In this document: positions 53,501-64,000 of the stretch, in pieces
Numbering within the stretch: position 1 is the stretch's first letter
How the letters are laid out: each line of letters begins with the position of its first letter
Origin: Saccostrea echinata
Taxonomy: Eukaryota
Direction: 5' to 3'
Assembly (NCBI RefSeq): GCF_033153115.1
Contig: NW_026889779.1
Coordinates: 8,804,001 to 8,868,000 of the forward strand
DNA length: 64,000 nucleotides
The notes under the pieces: generated by a model
What the model saw: the letters and a program-made list of their open reading frames with translations, nothing else
Told to the model about the DNA's origin: nothing
The model's database searches: none
Made by a program: the position numbers and the translations under genes

Positions 53501-56500
53501 GTAGTATAGGTTAATATATGCTACGTAGTTACGTGATTATCAATGGTCACGTTAAAATGCTACACAAGTATGATACAAACCCCTTGAGGTTCAATATATA
53601 TGTTACTCGCAAACACCTGCAACATAGTTTATAGGAAGACGTCAACCAAAGCAAAGAAATACACACCTTGTCCACTTATAGAGATGTCAATTAGAATAAC
53701 ACAGTCTAATTGTATTACATGGTGTATTGATAAAATATATACATATGTACTATTGACGATTTGATTTTCATTAGAATCTACTTGTTACGTATTTATGTTA
53801 CTTTCTAAAATATTACAGTATGTTTTAAAATTTAGAGATTTACTAATGAAAAAGAAAGTTAATATTATCTTCCAAACACTTCAAACTTCAGAACATTTTC
53901 TATTTTTTTATGCTAAGCAAGCATATTTTTGTTAGTTTTTAATATATTTCCATTTTTAGAATACATGATATTGTGATATAATACAAAGAGAATTATGAAC
54001 ATTATAGATTTGTATCATTTATCATGTTCATGCAACATACTTCGAAATAAATATCGGATATATGATTCATGCAATTCATAATATGTGTTATAAAACATTA
54101 CCTTCAGTTCCTCTATTTGGGATTTCAGAGTCTTTGGATTACTGGAGGGTATCTCCATATCATCAAGGGCTTGTTCTGTTAGAGGCATCCAAGTCATAAT
54201 CGCCTGCGACAAATAAAGTAATGGGTCATTTTACGATCAGTAATATTTTTCTGAAAATCATGAAATTTGACAAAATTTTACTTACTTCTTGGAGCTCTTG
54301 GAATTTTTCAGTGTGGCCAAGTGCCTTCTTTAGGTCCTCTTCCCTGTCACGTGCAATATCATGCACATCATCTGCTAAGACATGGATGTCTTCCAACTGT
54401 TTTCTGATCTCCATCAGACCTGGGTCACTACACAGTCCACTAAGTTCTTCTCCTAATTGTCTGCACTCTTCAAATGAAAGTCTTGCTTTTCCAAGTTCTT
54501 TTCTTAATTCCTGATACAAATAAAGATAAATAATGATTCTTCCCGATTTCACTTTAAGTTGCGTATGAAAGTAATTTTAAGATTACAATTTTCTCTCACC
54601 TTTAGTTCCTTTTGTTGTTCTTCAACAGTTGAGGAATCTACACCTGGTGGTTCTTGAGAGAGGAAATTGTCCTTTAGATCCCGTAAGTTAGAAACTGTTT
54701 CATTACAGGAGTCAAAAAACTTCTCTGCTACCTTCATGGCACTAGATAATTCTGCTTCCCTTTTCAAAGCAGCCTCTCTGTTTTGATTATTCAGCGTTGC
54801 TATTTCTGTTAACTTTAACTTGAGGTCTTCAGCTAATCAAAGCAAAAATGAAATAAAATTTAATCAAATCTCAACCTTAAAAATTTCAGTAATCCATTGT
54901 TTTTTAGCGTGACTCAATGAACTTTCTTATACCTTCTGCAGGATCATCCACTCCTTGATCAAGAACTTTCTTTACAGCCCCATCAGCTGCTGCAATAGCT
55001 GGACGTTGGTTTTCCAGATCTTCTAGTAATAACTAAAAGACAAAAACAATAAATATGAGAAGTACACCGGTTTGTTATTAATAATTCTTGTAATTTATAT
55101 ATCGGTTTTCCATCTTGAATTCTAATACGTGACTTACATTGTTTTGTCTGATTTCGTCTCGCAATTTATCAGGACTTGCTGCCACAGGATCTGCTGTTGC
55201 CAAATCCCTGTTCAATTGCTCAAGATCTCCTAAAATGTGATCCAATGAATCTGAGACCTCCTGAGTCATCTTACTCCTAGCAACTGTAAGCTCCTTAGCT
55301 TTCTCTCTCGCTTGAGTTTTAAGCTTTTCATATTGTTCATTGTATTTTAAAAGTTTTGTCTGAATATCTCCAGCATCATCTTCACAACATAACTCCATTA
55401 ACTCCAAACCCGTGGTATTCAGATCTTCTAGGAAAGGTTTGTGATCCTCAATCTTCTGTTGAGTGTCCTGCAAAAGAAGCACAAATGTCAAATACCAAAT
55501 GTTACATCTTTGTTGTTATTGTCTTGCATTATTTGTTTTAAGGTTGGATTTTTATTGGCTACATATGCCTATTAACGATGTACTTCTAAAAACTCTTTTC
55601 TTTAAGTAAATTTTGCATGTTTTAGACATGTATGTAAATTCTCTAGACTTTGGAGCTATTTTTCCTCTTACACTCAGTAATCATATGATAAAAAAATGAA
55701 TTTTAAATAAATAAAAAAAATAAATAATTGAATTGTTATTCAGAGCAGGGATACTGTCTGTCATCCCTTTATAATTAAAGATTGTAACTTTGCTCCCCAA
55801 TGGAAACTTGGAAACATTTTTTTTTCAGTTTGATTTTCTCTTGATCATTCAACAAAGCAAAATCGAAGAAGACATAAATTTTAGTCTGAAAGACTGTTTG
55901 GTGCATATGTTTGATTTTTTCTTTTTTGTATTCTGAAAAAAAAAACAACTTATTATTTGGACTTTAACATGGGTAAAATCAAAATTAAGCTAGAATGCTT
56001 ACTACATGCATCTTTTTTTTAACGAACCTTAATATTATCCAACTGTTTTTTCACTTGTTCTAAAGTGTTTCCTGGTGAAGAATGAGCCTTTAAATCTGCT
56101 TCCATTTCATCAAGCCAGCTATGAATCTCCGTTTGGTTTTCACTGAAGTGTGTTGCAAGAGGAAGGGCCGATTCCAGTTGATGCAGTCGCTCTGCACTTA
56201 ACTGACAGACAATATCAGCCTGTGTTTTGATGCTTTCTAGCCTTGATTTGATTTCATCTGTTTGGGCATTGGTAGTTTCACGTAACATTCTGTTACACTT
56301 GTTGATAATGTCTTTGACTGCATTTCTCTTTTGATTTAGATCCATGTTGAATGACTACAATGAAATATGTATTCATCTATATTACACTGACTGCAATTAA
56401 ATATGTCTTATTGTATTTTTTCAAAAACACATCATCGACTATTTCCACAAAGATGTCACTTGACTTTAAAATTAGTTTGATAAAAGCAATAGATGGGTAT

Positions 56501-59500
56501 ACCTGGTGGTCATGAAGTTGAATTGTGAGAGTTTCTGGTTCAACATTGACTGGTTCTGCTGTGTTGATTTCATTTTCAGCTTTATCTAGGTACTTCAACA
56601 TTCCATCAATCTCCGTTAGAGCCTATAATGGTCAATATAGCTTTATCCCATAACAAATCCTAGTAAAAATTTATAAAGATCGTCCTATTCAATCTTTTCT
56701 TACCTCCAACGACACCTGCTGCACTAGATATTCCGTTAATTCATGCCATTTTACTTCTACCTCTCCAAGGCATTCCTTCATTGCAAACTGATCACAAACT
56801 CGTTCATCCTCCATAATCTGTTTTGCTGATTGTCTGAGTTTTTCCATATCATATTCTTTCTCCCGCTTGTCATTATATAACACATCTATCTTGGCCTTTA
56901 TAGCCTTCTGATTTGCACCCTTTTGTCTCGTTTTTAACGAACTAATTGCATCAGTAAGCCATGAGTCCATCTGACCAATGTTGTTCTCTAGTTCGGACAC
57001 ACTGCATGCCACGTCTTCAATTTCCATGGTTATCTGATCAGCCTCTTTCTCTACTTCTAACATTCTAAAAAAAATTACAACTCAATGTATTTGCTATTAA
57101 ATAGCATTGTGAATAATAGTTATTCCTTTTTATTCCATAACATTGAACAAAACCTCGGGCTATTTACAAGTGTATTATTTTACTAACCTTTCATTCAGTT
57201 CAAGGATTATACCCTCTGCATCATCGTCCGAGGTATTTTGTCCAGTTTCTCGAGATATCCTATCCAAGAGTGTTTTGTTTGTTTCTATTTCCCCATTAAG
57301 GAGACGTTGTTCCTTTAACTGATTGCCAAGTCTATCCTTGTCCAGACTAATTAATGGTCGATCTCCTAACGTGTTCTCAGTCTCTGATATCCATCTCAAA
57401 AGTCCATCCAAACGGTTCCTAAGGTTTTGCTGCTGAGATACAGCCGACGAAAGCTCTTCTTCTTTCTCACTTATTTCACCTTGTAAAGCTTCGTGTTTTC
57501 CTTTCATCTCAGTCATTGATTTCTTAACTTCTTCTGCTTTTTGCTTCATGTTTATTTCATTTAAACCCTTGACCAATTTTTCACCACTTTGAAGAAAATC
57601 CTTCAGTTTTCTGTCTTGTCCTATGAGATCTGCTTTCAAATCTTTAATTGATGCAAGGTCTTTTGCATCCTTTTCCGGATTTTTTCCGAGACCATTTCCA
57701 TGAATGTTGCTAAGCCGAGCCTCGATTTGAGGATAAACAGAAGAAAGTTTGTCCTTTAAATCATCGAAACCTTTCTTCTGTTTCATCAAGGCAGCAAGTC
57801 TTTCCATATGCTTAGAACAGTCACGTGATACATCTTTGTACTTTTCTTCCAAAGATTCGATTTCATCATCGATGATATTGTTGTCAACTTCTTCCTTGAT
57901 GGGAGGCAGAACCTGAATTCGCTGACGATAAGCTTCAGCCTCTTTCTCGAATTCCTGGAGAAAAAAAGATCAACATAGAAAGAACGTGAAGATATTAAAG
58001 AAAATACGACTCAACAGACAACAGCAACACTTACTCTACCACATTTTACGAAGAAGTCGAAATGTTGACATGTACAAAGATCAACATCATCATCTTCTTC
58101 ATCGCTGTATGAGTAATGGTTAGTAATAAAAACTTTTCTTTTTTCTATTGAAGCCATTACACTCACGTCACTGATCACATTTTGCACTCATTAATATCAA
58201 GTACATTCCATGCACATGCCAGATACATATATACGATCTAGTTTCTTTTTTAGCCCAGTTCTCCCTTTTGCTTTCTGGCATGCTTTCAAATGAGCTACAA
58301 GAATGTCCATTTCTTCAACAGTTTAGGTAGGTTCCATCTCAGCAAGATTTTAATCAACAGTATTTCTAACTTTAGTTAGGCGAGCGATTTATCAAATTGT
58401 CTACACAGTACACTGAACTACCCGAGCTTCGATCAGTGATGTTTCAAAACACAGTAGATCGATGAATAATTCATGGATATGATGTATCAAACACAATTGA
58501 AAAACTAATTTGAAATTTAAAGAAATGTTGATCTCCGTCAAAGTGATGCCAAGTGTTTATTTCTTGCTATCTTCTACTGCACACAATTCTCTCTGAGAAT
58601 GTCGTTGTGAACTTCTAGATTAAAAGGTTTTGTAAATAAACCATTGTGATAGCAGTGAAAGAGCTTGAATGAAGAGGTGGATAACGGACGTAATCGATGA
58701 TAGAGACAGAAATTTTGTAAACCGATTAATTCCTTATCTTCCGCTTTCTTTTTAAAAGTTTTATGACAACATCAAAAATCAGAGGATACCAGGTGTGTTG
58801 TGAGCCGTAGAAAAAACAAGGATTATGAATTTGTGTTCAAAAGTTATACAAGCATTTATTCTGTAGATAATGCAATGATAAAAAAAATCAATTGCATTTT
58901 GTGCTATACGGATTTTAAATCATGAATTTTTATCGATAATTCATGCTAGTACTCTATAACAAAATGTAAAAGACTGGCCTGTACAACAAGGTTTTAAAAC
59001 GTAAACCAACTTCTCCAGATGTCCAATATCTCATCGAAAGGGTATACACAGTAATACTACACTTGCAAAGTTAAAACTTTACTTCGTTTTACTAGATTAA
59101 ATAATGCCTCTGCAGTGCATATTATATGATTTATATTCTTTTCAAGAGCAGTTTAACGAAGTTATTGAAACATTTTAAGACTTTTTAAAGTATTATTGAT
59201 CATAAGGAAATGCTTGAGGATCTGTTACTGAGATTAAAGGATCAAGTATTCAAACACCAGTGTTAAAACAGAACGTCAAGGTTATTTTTCTTACGTATTA
59301 AACACTCTTTCAGAGTGTTCTTATATATTTAAAAAACAAATTAATATTTCCTACCTCAAATATTTCCTCGATTGATTGACATTGCAATTCATGTACATCA
59401 GCCGCCATTACTAAACCTATCCAACTAAAAATGCGTTAACAATCACCTATGTCTCAACCCATGTCGCCACCCGCTATCTTTTTATGCTTAATAATCATTA

Positions 59501-62123
59501 CTCTTGCATATCTCACATCTTTGTGTGTAAAATATCCGATATCCCAAATCAGCGATTTAAAACATTAAAGAGCCAATGATTCGCAAAAGGGTAAGAATTT
59601 ATCATATGTTTATATATGCTGTGACCAATCTATTGAAGAGGGTTTTAATTCCACTTTAAAAAGACAAACAACAATAAACTTTATCCCGACACCAGATCTA
59701 GCCAACATCACCTCTCTTAAAAGCATTCATCTTTTCACTTCCATACAAGTGTCACTCTTTATTAGACTCTTTATTAATATTTCTCAACATATGGTATATT
59801 ATTAGCTCTAGATATGGAAAATCAATTAAATGGAAGAGACTATAGTGAATATTTAAAGTTCCGTCACGGTTATTAATCACACTTCAATTTCATTGAAAAT
59901 ATTATCCACTGATATGAATCTTAAATCTAAAAGAATCTTCTGGTAATTAAAACCTTAAAATGAAATGTAAACGATGAAAGATATTTTAAAAATAAGATTT
60001 TTAGTCTAAATTTATTAAAACAAACAACTTAAATCATCTGCATGTGTGGCAGAAATGTTTGTCTACAATGTGCACACATTTTTTTTAATGTCCCTCTCGA
60101 GAATTTTTCAGTGGAGAGGCCATCACTTGCCGGTGGAGGGCTGCAAATTTAGACCTATATTCGGCATCAGGGCCATTGAGTAGTGCTGCATCGATCTTTT
60201 TCGTGCCAGCACCTAGTGCGACACGGGACCTCGGTTTATATGGTATCATCCAAAGAACCGGTCTCCACGTCCCGCAGTGGGATTCGAACCCGCGAAATAA
60301 GGATCAACTCCTTACTCCGCGACTCTAGAGCAGACGCTATATCAACTGCGTCAAGCGGGCGAGGTGCACATATGTAAACAAGACATAAATATCAATTTTA
60401 ATTTTGGATAATAATTTCAATTGAGATGCATAAGAATATACAAATTTTGAGGACTTAAAAGGTTACCAAGATCGGGGATTTAATATCTACTACTGTAAAA
60501 TCACTATTTTTCGTAGGATTTTAATCTTAATTTTATTTGGTACGGAGCGACCCATGAATTCATGTCTTTCACGACATATTCAAATGTCTGACGATAGTAT
60601 CATGGTTCTTCTTCAAACACAAAATCAAAACCATAAAATGTTGATCAACAAAAACTTAAGAAAGTCATTGTAATATATTTTTTTTTACTTGTCTTTCCGT
60701 TAAAAGCAATGAACACTTCCTGAAAAAAGATACCATGATTATAAGGATTATAAACATATTCTGTAATTCCGATATATCGATGCGCTCAAGAATATGTACC
60801 TGTGCTGTATCTCGGAAATCATCAGCCATCTTGATAAAGCCCGAAATTTCAACTTCTTTCCCTTGTAATTCTTCGACAAATTCCTAAAAAAAAAAATTCG
60901 GGTGTGAGACTTTTTTTTAAACTTGCCAATATTCAACGTACATCAATGGACATAAATATTGAATTTCTTGGTTAAATAAGATATTACCTTGAAATTGGAC
61001 CCTAACAATTTTTTATGTCTAACGAAAAACAGTACTATATGAGAGTACAATATCGGAGTACTATAACGGTACCTTAAAATCATTATATTGGTTGTAAATG
61101 TTATCCTTGGAAGATTGAAGGTCACGTGACTTCTCTATTGCCTGATCCAACCATTGGTCGATGTCTTGTAATGTCTTGTAGAACTGTTCCAAGTCCTCTG
61201 TCATTTTCTGGAAACGCTTTCGTCTGCTTTCAGTTTCACCAAAAGCCTTGAAAGGAAAAAAAAATCCATGCTACACTGTCTTTATAAAGACCAGTATACA
61301 GTAAATAAAAAAAAGCAAATGATCTTTTCTTGAAAAACTTTGCATTAAAAAAAAACCAGCGTTCCTTGCATTCTGAATTAATGATTTCATTCATTCAGTT
61401 CTTCTCTAACATTGCTTCCAGACAGCAATGTATCATTGAGTATACTTTATATATTATATCAATATTCAGTAATTTTCGTAATCAGCCTTTTAATAAAACT
61501 ATATCAATTATATTTTCAAAAAGGAAACTTCTCCAGAAATGTAAGAAATTAGTATATGTAATATTTATTAATATGTTTTCAAATCTAGAATTGTATTCTA
61601 AATGATAAATCTGTTGTATTTTAAACCCGTTTTATAATTTCCGGGAGAAAAGAAATCTAGTATAAAAGGTGCGACTTGACTGTATCTGGGAAACAATATA
61701 TCAAATTTTACAAAAAATTCTTTCACATTACACCGAAGCCTGAAAAAATCCATTTACACAGGTAATTTCCAGAAATTTATGATCCATTATGATAAATAAA
61801 TGTTGAACTGTGAATATCATAAAGAGTACATATAACCAATCACTTTGTTGACCTTTCAATTTTCAAAAATTTGCAAAAACGAGTCTAAAATTAAATAAAA
61901 ATATTGCTGTGGTAATTTTTAAATTTTAAACTACTTTGAATACAGATGAGATACCTACAGCATTGAACCTGATTTTAAGATCAGACACATTAAAGCGGAG
62001 TTTTTGAATCTGCTGAGCGCCATCTTCCTTCCGGTCCGTCTGATTGTTATCGATGAGCTCCTCCGCCTGCTTGATGGACGCAGTCACACCAGCCTTCCTC
62101 CTCACCATGTCGTCTTGCATAAA
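38098..62123 (-). CDS. MACF1: Spectraplakin (MACF1/dystonin/short stop family), 3' portion; 33 exons, 2228 aa in window; spectrin repeats + 2 EF hands + GAS2/GAR + Ser/Thr/Pro tail
   Basis: Hand-spliced GT-AG exons join in compatible phases, total 6687 nt (divisible by 3) ending at TGA 38098-38100. Diagnostic motifs: [18 protein letters not shown] (EF hand), [56 protein letters not shown] (GAS2), many spectrin-repeat W/L helices. Symbol is family-level; orthology untested. Confidence 0.93.
39140..39259 (-). CDS. spectraplakin exon, Ser/Gly/Arg-rich tail
   Basis: cag acceptor, G|gtaggt donor, 120 nt phase 1/1. Confidence 0.8.
39992..40132 (-). CDS. spectraplakin exon ([11 protein letters not shown]...SSTSS)
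   Basis: tag acceptor, G|gtatta donor; KGRTN motif follows GAS2 in this family. Confidence 0.88.
40667..40784 (-). CDS. spectraplakin exon, GAS2/GAR C-half ([23 protein letters not shown])
   Basis: tag acceptor, G|gtaaaa donor; hallmark VMVRVGGGW motif. Confidence 0.95.
41145..41282 (-). CDS. spectraplakin exon, GAS2/GAR N-half ([27 protein letters not shown])
   Basis: cag acceptor, AGA|gtaagg donor. Confidence 0.92.
41397..41509 (-). CDS. spectraplakin exon, EF hand 2 (degenerate; [32 protein letters not shown])
   Basis: cag acceptor, CAT|gtaagt donor, phase-compatible. Confidence 0.88.
42042..42204 (-). CDS. spectraplakin exon, EF hand 1 ([12 protein letters not shown])
   Basis: ORF 41977..42204; tag acceptor, C|gtacgt donor. 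Confidence 0.93.
42293..42425 (-). CDS. spectraplakin exon ([29 protein letters not shown])
   Basis: cag acceptor, GAG|gtaaaa donor; resembles last spectrin repeat NPR..L..KW..VW. Confidence 0.92.
42543..42683. repeat. 69-bp tandem duplication (2 copies) in intron
   Basis: GCATAAG.ATGCGTCTAAA.AGAAAGTACAGTAATATGATGGTTTAAC...GGGGGG twice. Confidence 0.92.
42689..42786 (-). CDS. spectraplakin exon (EFHEEVTSK...GRHYG)
   Basis: cag acceptor, AG|gtaagt donor (phase 2). Confidence 0.87.
43773..43961 (-). CDS. spectraplakin exon (LLQRAKNQE...LLAWL...KEHL)
   Basis: cag acceptor, CTG|gtgagt donor. Confidence 0.9.
44300..44443 (-). CDS. spectraplakin exon (KFQEELRNH...CHPNAI...TRWDQ)
   Basis: tag acceptor, CAG|gtaaac donor; CHP motif typical of late spectraplakin repeats. 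Confidence 0.9.
44532..44657 (-). CDS. spectraplakin exon (AEEFQDAVQ...IEKHE)
   Basis: cag acceptor, GAG|gtacgt donor. Confidence 0.88.
44875..45036 (-). CDS. spectraplakin exon ([10 protein letters not shown]...ESLKL)
   Basis: cag acceptor, CTG|gttagt donor. Confidence 0.88.
45258..45417 (-). CDS. spectraplakin exon (QNKLDEALL...LEWLGKAE...EQHK)
   Basis: cag acceptor, AAG|gttagt donor. Confidence 0.9.
46470..46546 (-). CDS. candidate alternative exon [25 protein letters not shown](S)
   Basis: ATG, open frame, AG|gtgaga donor in phase 2 matching exon 45258-45417; also an in-frame cag acceptor giving exon 46470-46558. Confidence 0.55.
48706..48878 (-). CDS. spectraplakin exon ([10 protein letters not shown]...[11 protein letters not shown])
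   Basis: tag acceptor, AG|gtcagt donor (phase 2); not in ORF track. Confidence 0.88.
51172..51291 (-). CDS. spectraplakin exon ([12 protein letters not shown]...DDLK)
   Basis: aag acceptor after T tract, AAG|gtaaga donor. Confidence 0.87.
51475..51681 (-). CDS. spectraplakin exon (KLKTELEQH...EDKR)
   Basis: ORF 51469..51666; tag acceptor, CGG|gtataa donor. Confidence 0.88.
51825..51980 (-). CDS. spectraplakin exon (DKLSEHLRN...TEWLNNAE...EEHN)
   Basis: cag acceptor, AAT|gtaaat donor. Confidence 0.87.
52071..52550 (-). CDS. spectraplakin exon, spectrin repeats
   Basis: ORF 52035..52547; tag acceptor, AAG|gtatgt donor. Confidence 0.9.
52685..52840 (-). CDS. spectraplakin exon ([10 protein letters not shown]...KKLQ)
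   Basis: aag acceptor, CAG|gtaagt donor. Confidence 0.87.
52953..53120 (-). CDS. spectraplakin exon (SNKSDIHPH...IADRE)
   Basis: cag acceptor, GAG|gtacta donor. Confidence 0.88.
54102..54203 (-). CDS. spectraplakin exon ([10 protein letters not shown]...EELK)
   Basis: cag acceptor, AAG|gtaatg donor. Confidence 0.87.
54286..54510 (-). CDS. spectraplakin exon, spectrin repeat
   Basis: within ORF 54226..54552; cag acceptor, GAA|gtaagt donor. Confidence 0.9.
54600..54832 (-). CDS. spectraplakin exon, spectrin repeat
   Basis: overlaps ORF 54549..54767; tag acceptor, AAG|gtgaga donor. Confidence 0.88.
54933..55032 (-). CDS. spectraplakin exon ([11 protein letters not shown]...DPAE)
   Basis: tag acceptor, G|gtataa donor (phase 1). 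Confidence 0.85.
55138..55467 (-). CDS. spectraplakin exon, spectrin repeat
   Basis: ORF 55078..55491; cag acceptor, AAT|gtaagt donor. Confidence 0.9.
56028..56354 (-). CDS. spectraplakin exon, spectrin repeat
   Basis: ORF 56019..56345; tag acceptor, AAG|gttcgt donor. Confidence 0.9.
56503..56622 (-). CDS. spectraplakin exon ([12 protein letters not shown]...HDHQ)
   Basis: tag acceptor, CAG|gtatac donor. Confidence 0.87.
56704..57064 (-). CDS. spectraplakin exon, spectrin repeat
   Basis: ORF 56689..57063; tag acceptor, GAG|gtaaga donor. Confidence 0.9.
57188..57954 (-). CDS. spectraplakin exon, spectrin repeats (EFEKEAEAY...LELNER)
   Basis: contains ORF 57175..57852; cag acceptor, AG|gttagt donor (phase 2). 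Confidence 0.9.
58035..58157 (-). CDS. candidate alternative first exon [41 protein letters not shown]
   Basis: gtaATGG context, 41 open codons, AGA|gtaagt donor, phase 0, 80-nt intron to exon 57188-57954. Confidence 0.55.
59355..59408 (-). CDS. candidate alternative first exon [18 protein letters not shown]
   Basis: gtaATGG context, GAG|gtagga donor, phase 0 matching exon 57188-57954. Confidence 0.5.
60080..60363 (-). mobile_element. tRNA-derived SINE (copy 3), intronic
   Basis: same head and body; TSD GTGCACACAT / GTGCACATAT (60070-60079, 60364-60373). Confidence 0.87.
60491..60672. mobile_element. possible degenerate TA-flanked MITE
   Basis: TACTGTAAAATCACTATTTTTCGT start, weakly matching ..CATTGTA end. 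Confidence 0.3.
60800..60883 (-). CDS. spectraplakin exon ([10 protein letters not shown]...RDTAQ)
   Basis: poly-T tag acceptor, CAG|gtacat donor, phase 0/0. Confidence 0.82.
61073..61246 (-). CDS. spectraplakin exon ([10 protein letters not shown]...DQWLDQA...NDFK)
   Basis: aag acceptor after pyrimidine tract, AAG|gtaccg donor, spectrin repeat helix with WL; not in ORF track. Confidence 0.85.
61959..62123 (-). CDS. spectraplakin exon ([10 protein letters not shown]...KIRFNA)
   Basis: cag acceptor, GCT|gtaggt donor, phase 0/0, helical spectrin-like. Confidence 0.8.
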
Positions 62124-63189
62124 CTGTATATAAAACATTATTATAACGATTTTAAATATATATAAATCATAATTTCATCATAAATTATTGTAACAATGCA
62201 CAAAATGAACTGTAATCATCACCTGTCTTATCTTTTAAAGGTACAACTTGACAGTGGTATAATAAAAACAATGAAGTTTTGTCTTCCAATATAACCAAGT
62301 TCGACAGGAATACAATCCGATCGCTAAGTCATAAAGATGACAATCATCAAAAATACTACAGTACCCTATCTATGTCCAACTTATTCCATCGAGATCATCA
62401 AACAGGTGAATAAGGACAGTTTTCCGAAGTAAATTCCCAACAAAAGATACTCCAATGAACTAGAAGACCATCAGTTCAAACTAATTGTCATCTGATAAAA
62501 AGAACTACACAAAAACACATTCCAGAAAAAAAGAAGAGAGATCAAGAAAGTTACATAAGTGAGGATTGGTATGTATAAAGGCTTCTCATAAGAGAATCAC
62601 CCCCAAAAAGTGGCAAAGAACATTTTGTTTTGCTGATTAAGCCGCACTCTATTTAACCCCACGGTTTAAATGTTGGCATTCATTGTATTACACATGGTTA
62701 TTAGAAAAAAGCTAAGTCCAGCCATAATATGTCTAAAACCTACACATTTGGTACTGTTTTGATCCAGTGACTATTTTGGAATAAGCTTTTGATAAAGAAT
62801 GCATTTAATTACCCTTTATATATCATTTATTTAAGCTAAGAATCTTGTTTTAATCATCGTAATTGATTGTTTGTGAAACTTCTATCACCTCATCCGTTTT
62901 CTATCATCAAAAGAAGACGGTGTCGTTACACTTGTATAGAGCTGAACGTTTCTACAATCAAAGCTGTTCAAAACATTTGAATGAAATAACAGTTTCTGTC
63001 CATACTGGTACTCTACTCGTTTTCAATCAACACGTTACAATATATACATGCCTTAATGTCAAATCTGTTACTTCGTGTATATTTCTCTTAAAATGTCTTT
63101 AATTACTGTACTTACATAAATTGAATTTCTTATATTTTGAGGATAATATTTCTCTATGTATCACTGAAGAAGATTTAATTTTCACTTAC

Positions 63190-63294
63190 TTCTTTGTTGA
63201 ACTTTAAAGAAAGTAACACGGGCTCTTCCTCTTTGACACATTTATACCGCTCAGATATCCTATAGATCTTACGTTTTTTGACAAGTTTCATCAT
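63190..63294 (-). CDS. candidate alternative first (or cassette) exon MMKLVKKRKIYRISERYKCVKEEEPVLLSLKFNKE
   Basis: ATG ATG, open frame to GAA|gtaagt donor, phase 0 matching exon 61959-62123; in-frame TAA upstream. Confidence 0.4.
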
Positions 63295-64000
63295 CCTCAC
63301 GAGGTACCAGAGGATATCATCATCTACACTCTGTTGTGTATATTATCAATAGCCCTTTCCAGATTCCCGTGTATTCAGAATTCACAAGATGCTGTGTGGT
63401 GTATTTACAATGTGTAATTTCCCATGAGAATTGTAAATTGTTCACAAACGAATCCATATCATTTCTTATGGTCATAACCAGCCAGGTAAGTAACTCCTAT
63501 GCATTATTCCTTTCTTCGATTTTCTACTTTCTTACTATTTTAATAACTTTCCAAACGAATCATTTAAAACACCTTGTAATGGTAGCCCTCTTATTCAAGA
63601 GGCAAAGACAAGAAACAGAGAGGTCACATAGAGCCAACATATGGGCGAGGGTGACAGCTTTAGACCCTCGAGGACAGTAATGACACCAACGCCAAAGGAA
63701 TACACACTTATCAGGCACTTTATATAACGTTACCTGTACCTTTTACATTTAAAATTTTAACTTTTTTCCTATTTCGTTTTTTCCTCAGTAATAGTTAAGA
63801 AAATGTGCATTGCAGGAATGAAAAAAATGTAGAACACGGGTAATAAACGACCTGATAAAGCTATCGATATTAATCATAAGAGCGATCAACTATCAACGAC
63901 TTCTGTGTTACACTACAAGGCCTATTTGTTTTGTTTTGACAAACTGTGTGTGTGACAAAATTCACTAGCCTACTAAAAATGTCATTCCATCTTATGCCCA

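Noticed and set aside
38189-55541. Plus-strand ORFs such as 38189..38413, 41103..41288, 44851..45048, 52265..52447, 54221..54514
   Set aside because: Antisense shadows of spectraplakin exons

Overview
AT-rich animal DNA, most likely a bivalve mollusc such as an oyster (inferred from its SINE and Helentron-like satellite repeats). It is not prokaryotic, so most short ORFs in the supplied track are spurious. The right part (38.1-62.1 kb, minus strand) holds 33 GT-AG exons of a spectraplakin (MACF1/dystonin/shot family): spectrin repeats, two EF hands, a GAS2/GAR domain and a Ser/Thr/Pro/Arg-rich tail. Spliced by hand, these give one open frame of 6687 nt (2228 aa plus stop); the 5' end probably lies beyond the window. 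The protein looks divergent (degenerate second EF hand), and its introns carry four candidate ATG-bearing alternative first exons, each in phase with the next exon. The left part is transposon-rich. It has a young 5'-truncated CR1/L2-group LINE with an intact 1181-aa ORF2 containing a 2A-like motif (DIESNPGP) and an 8-bp TSD that falls on a probable host splice acceptor. It also has a decayed Penelope-like RT with a structured 3' region, tRNA-derived SINEs (a third copy lies at 60 kb), several MITEs, several Helentron/HINE-like elements, a ~1 kb inverted duplication, an old duplication of the gene's poly(A) region, and a 145-N gap. All coordinates were read by eye; repeat boundaries are approximate and no database searches were run.
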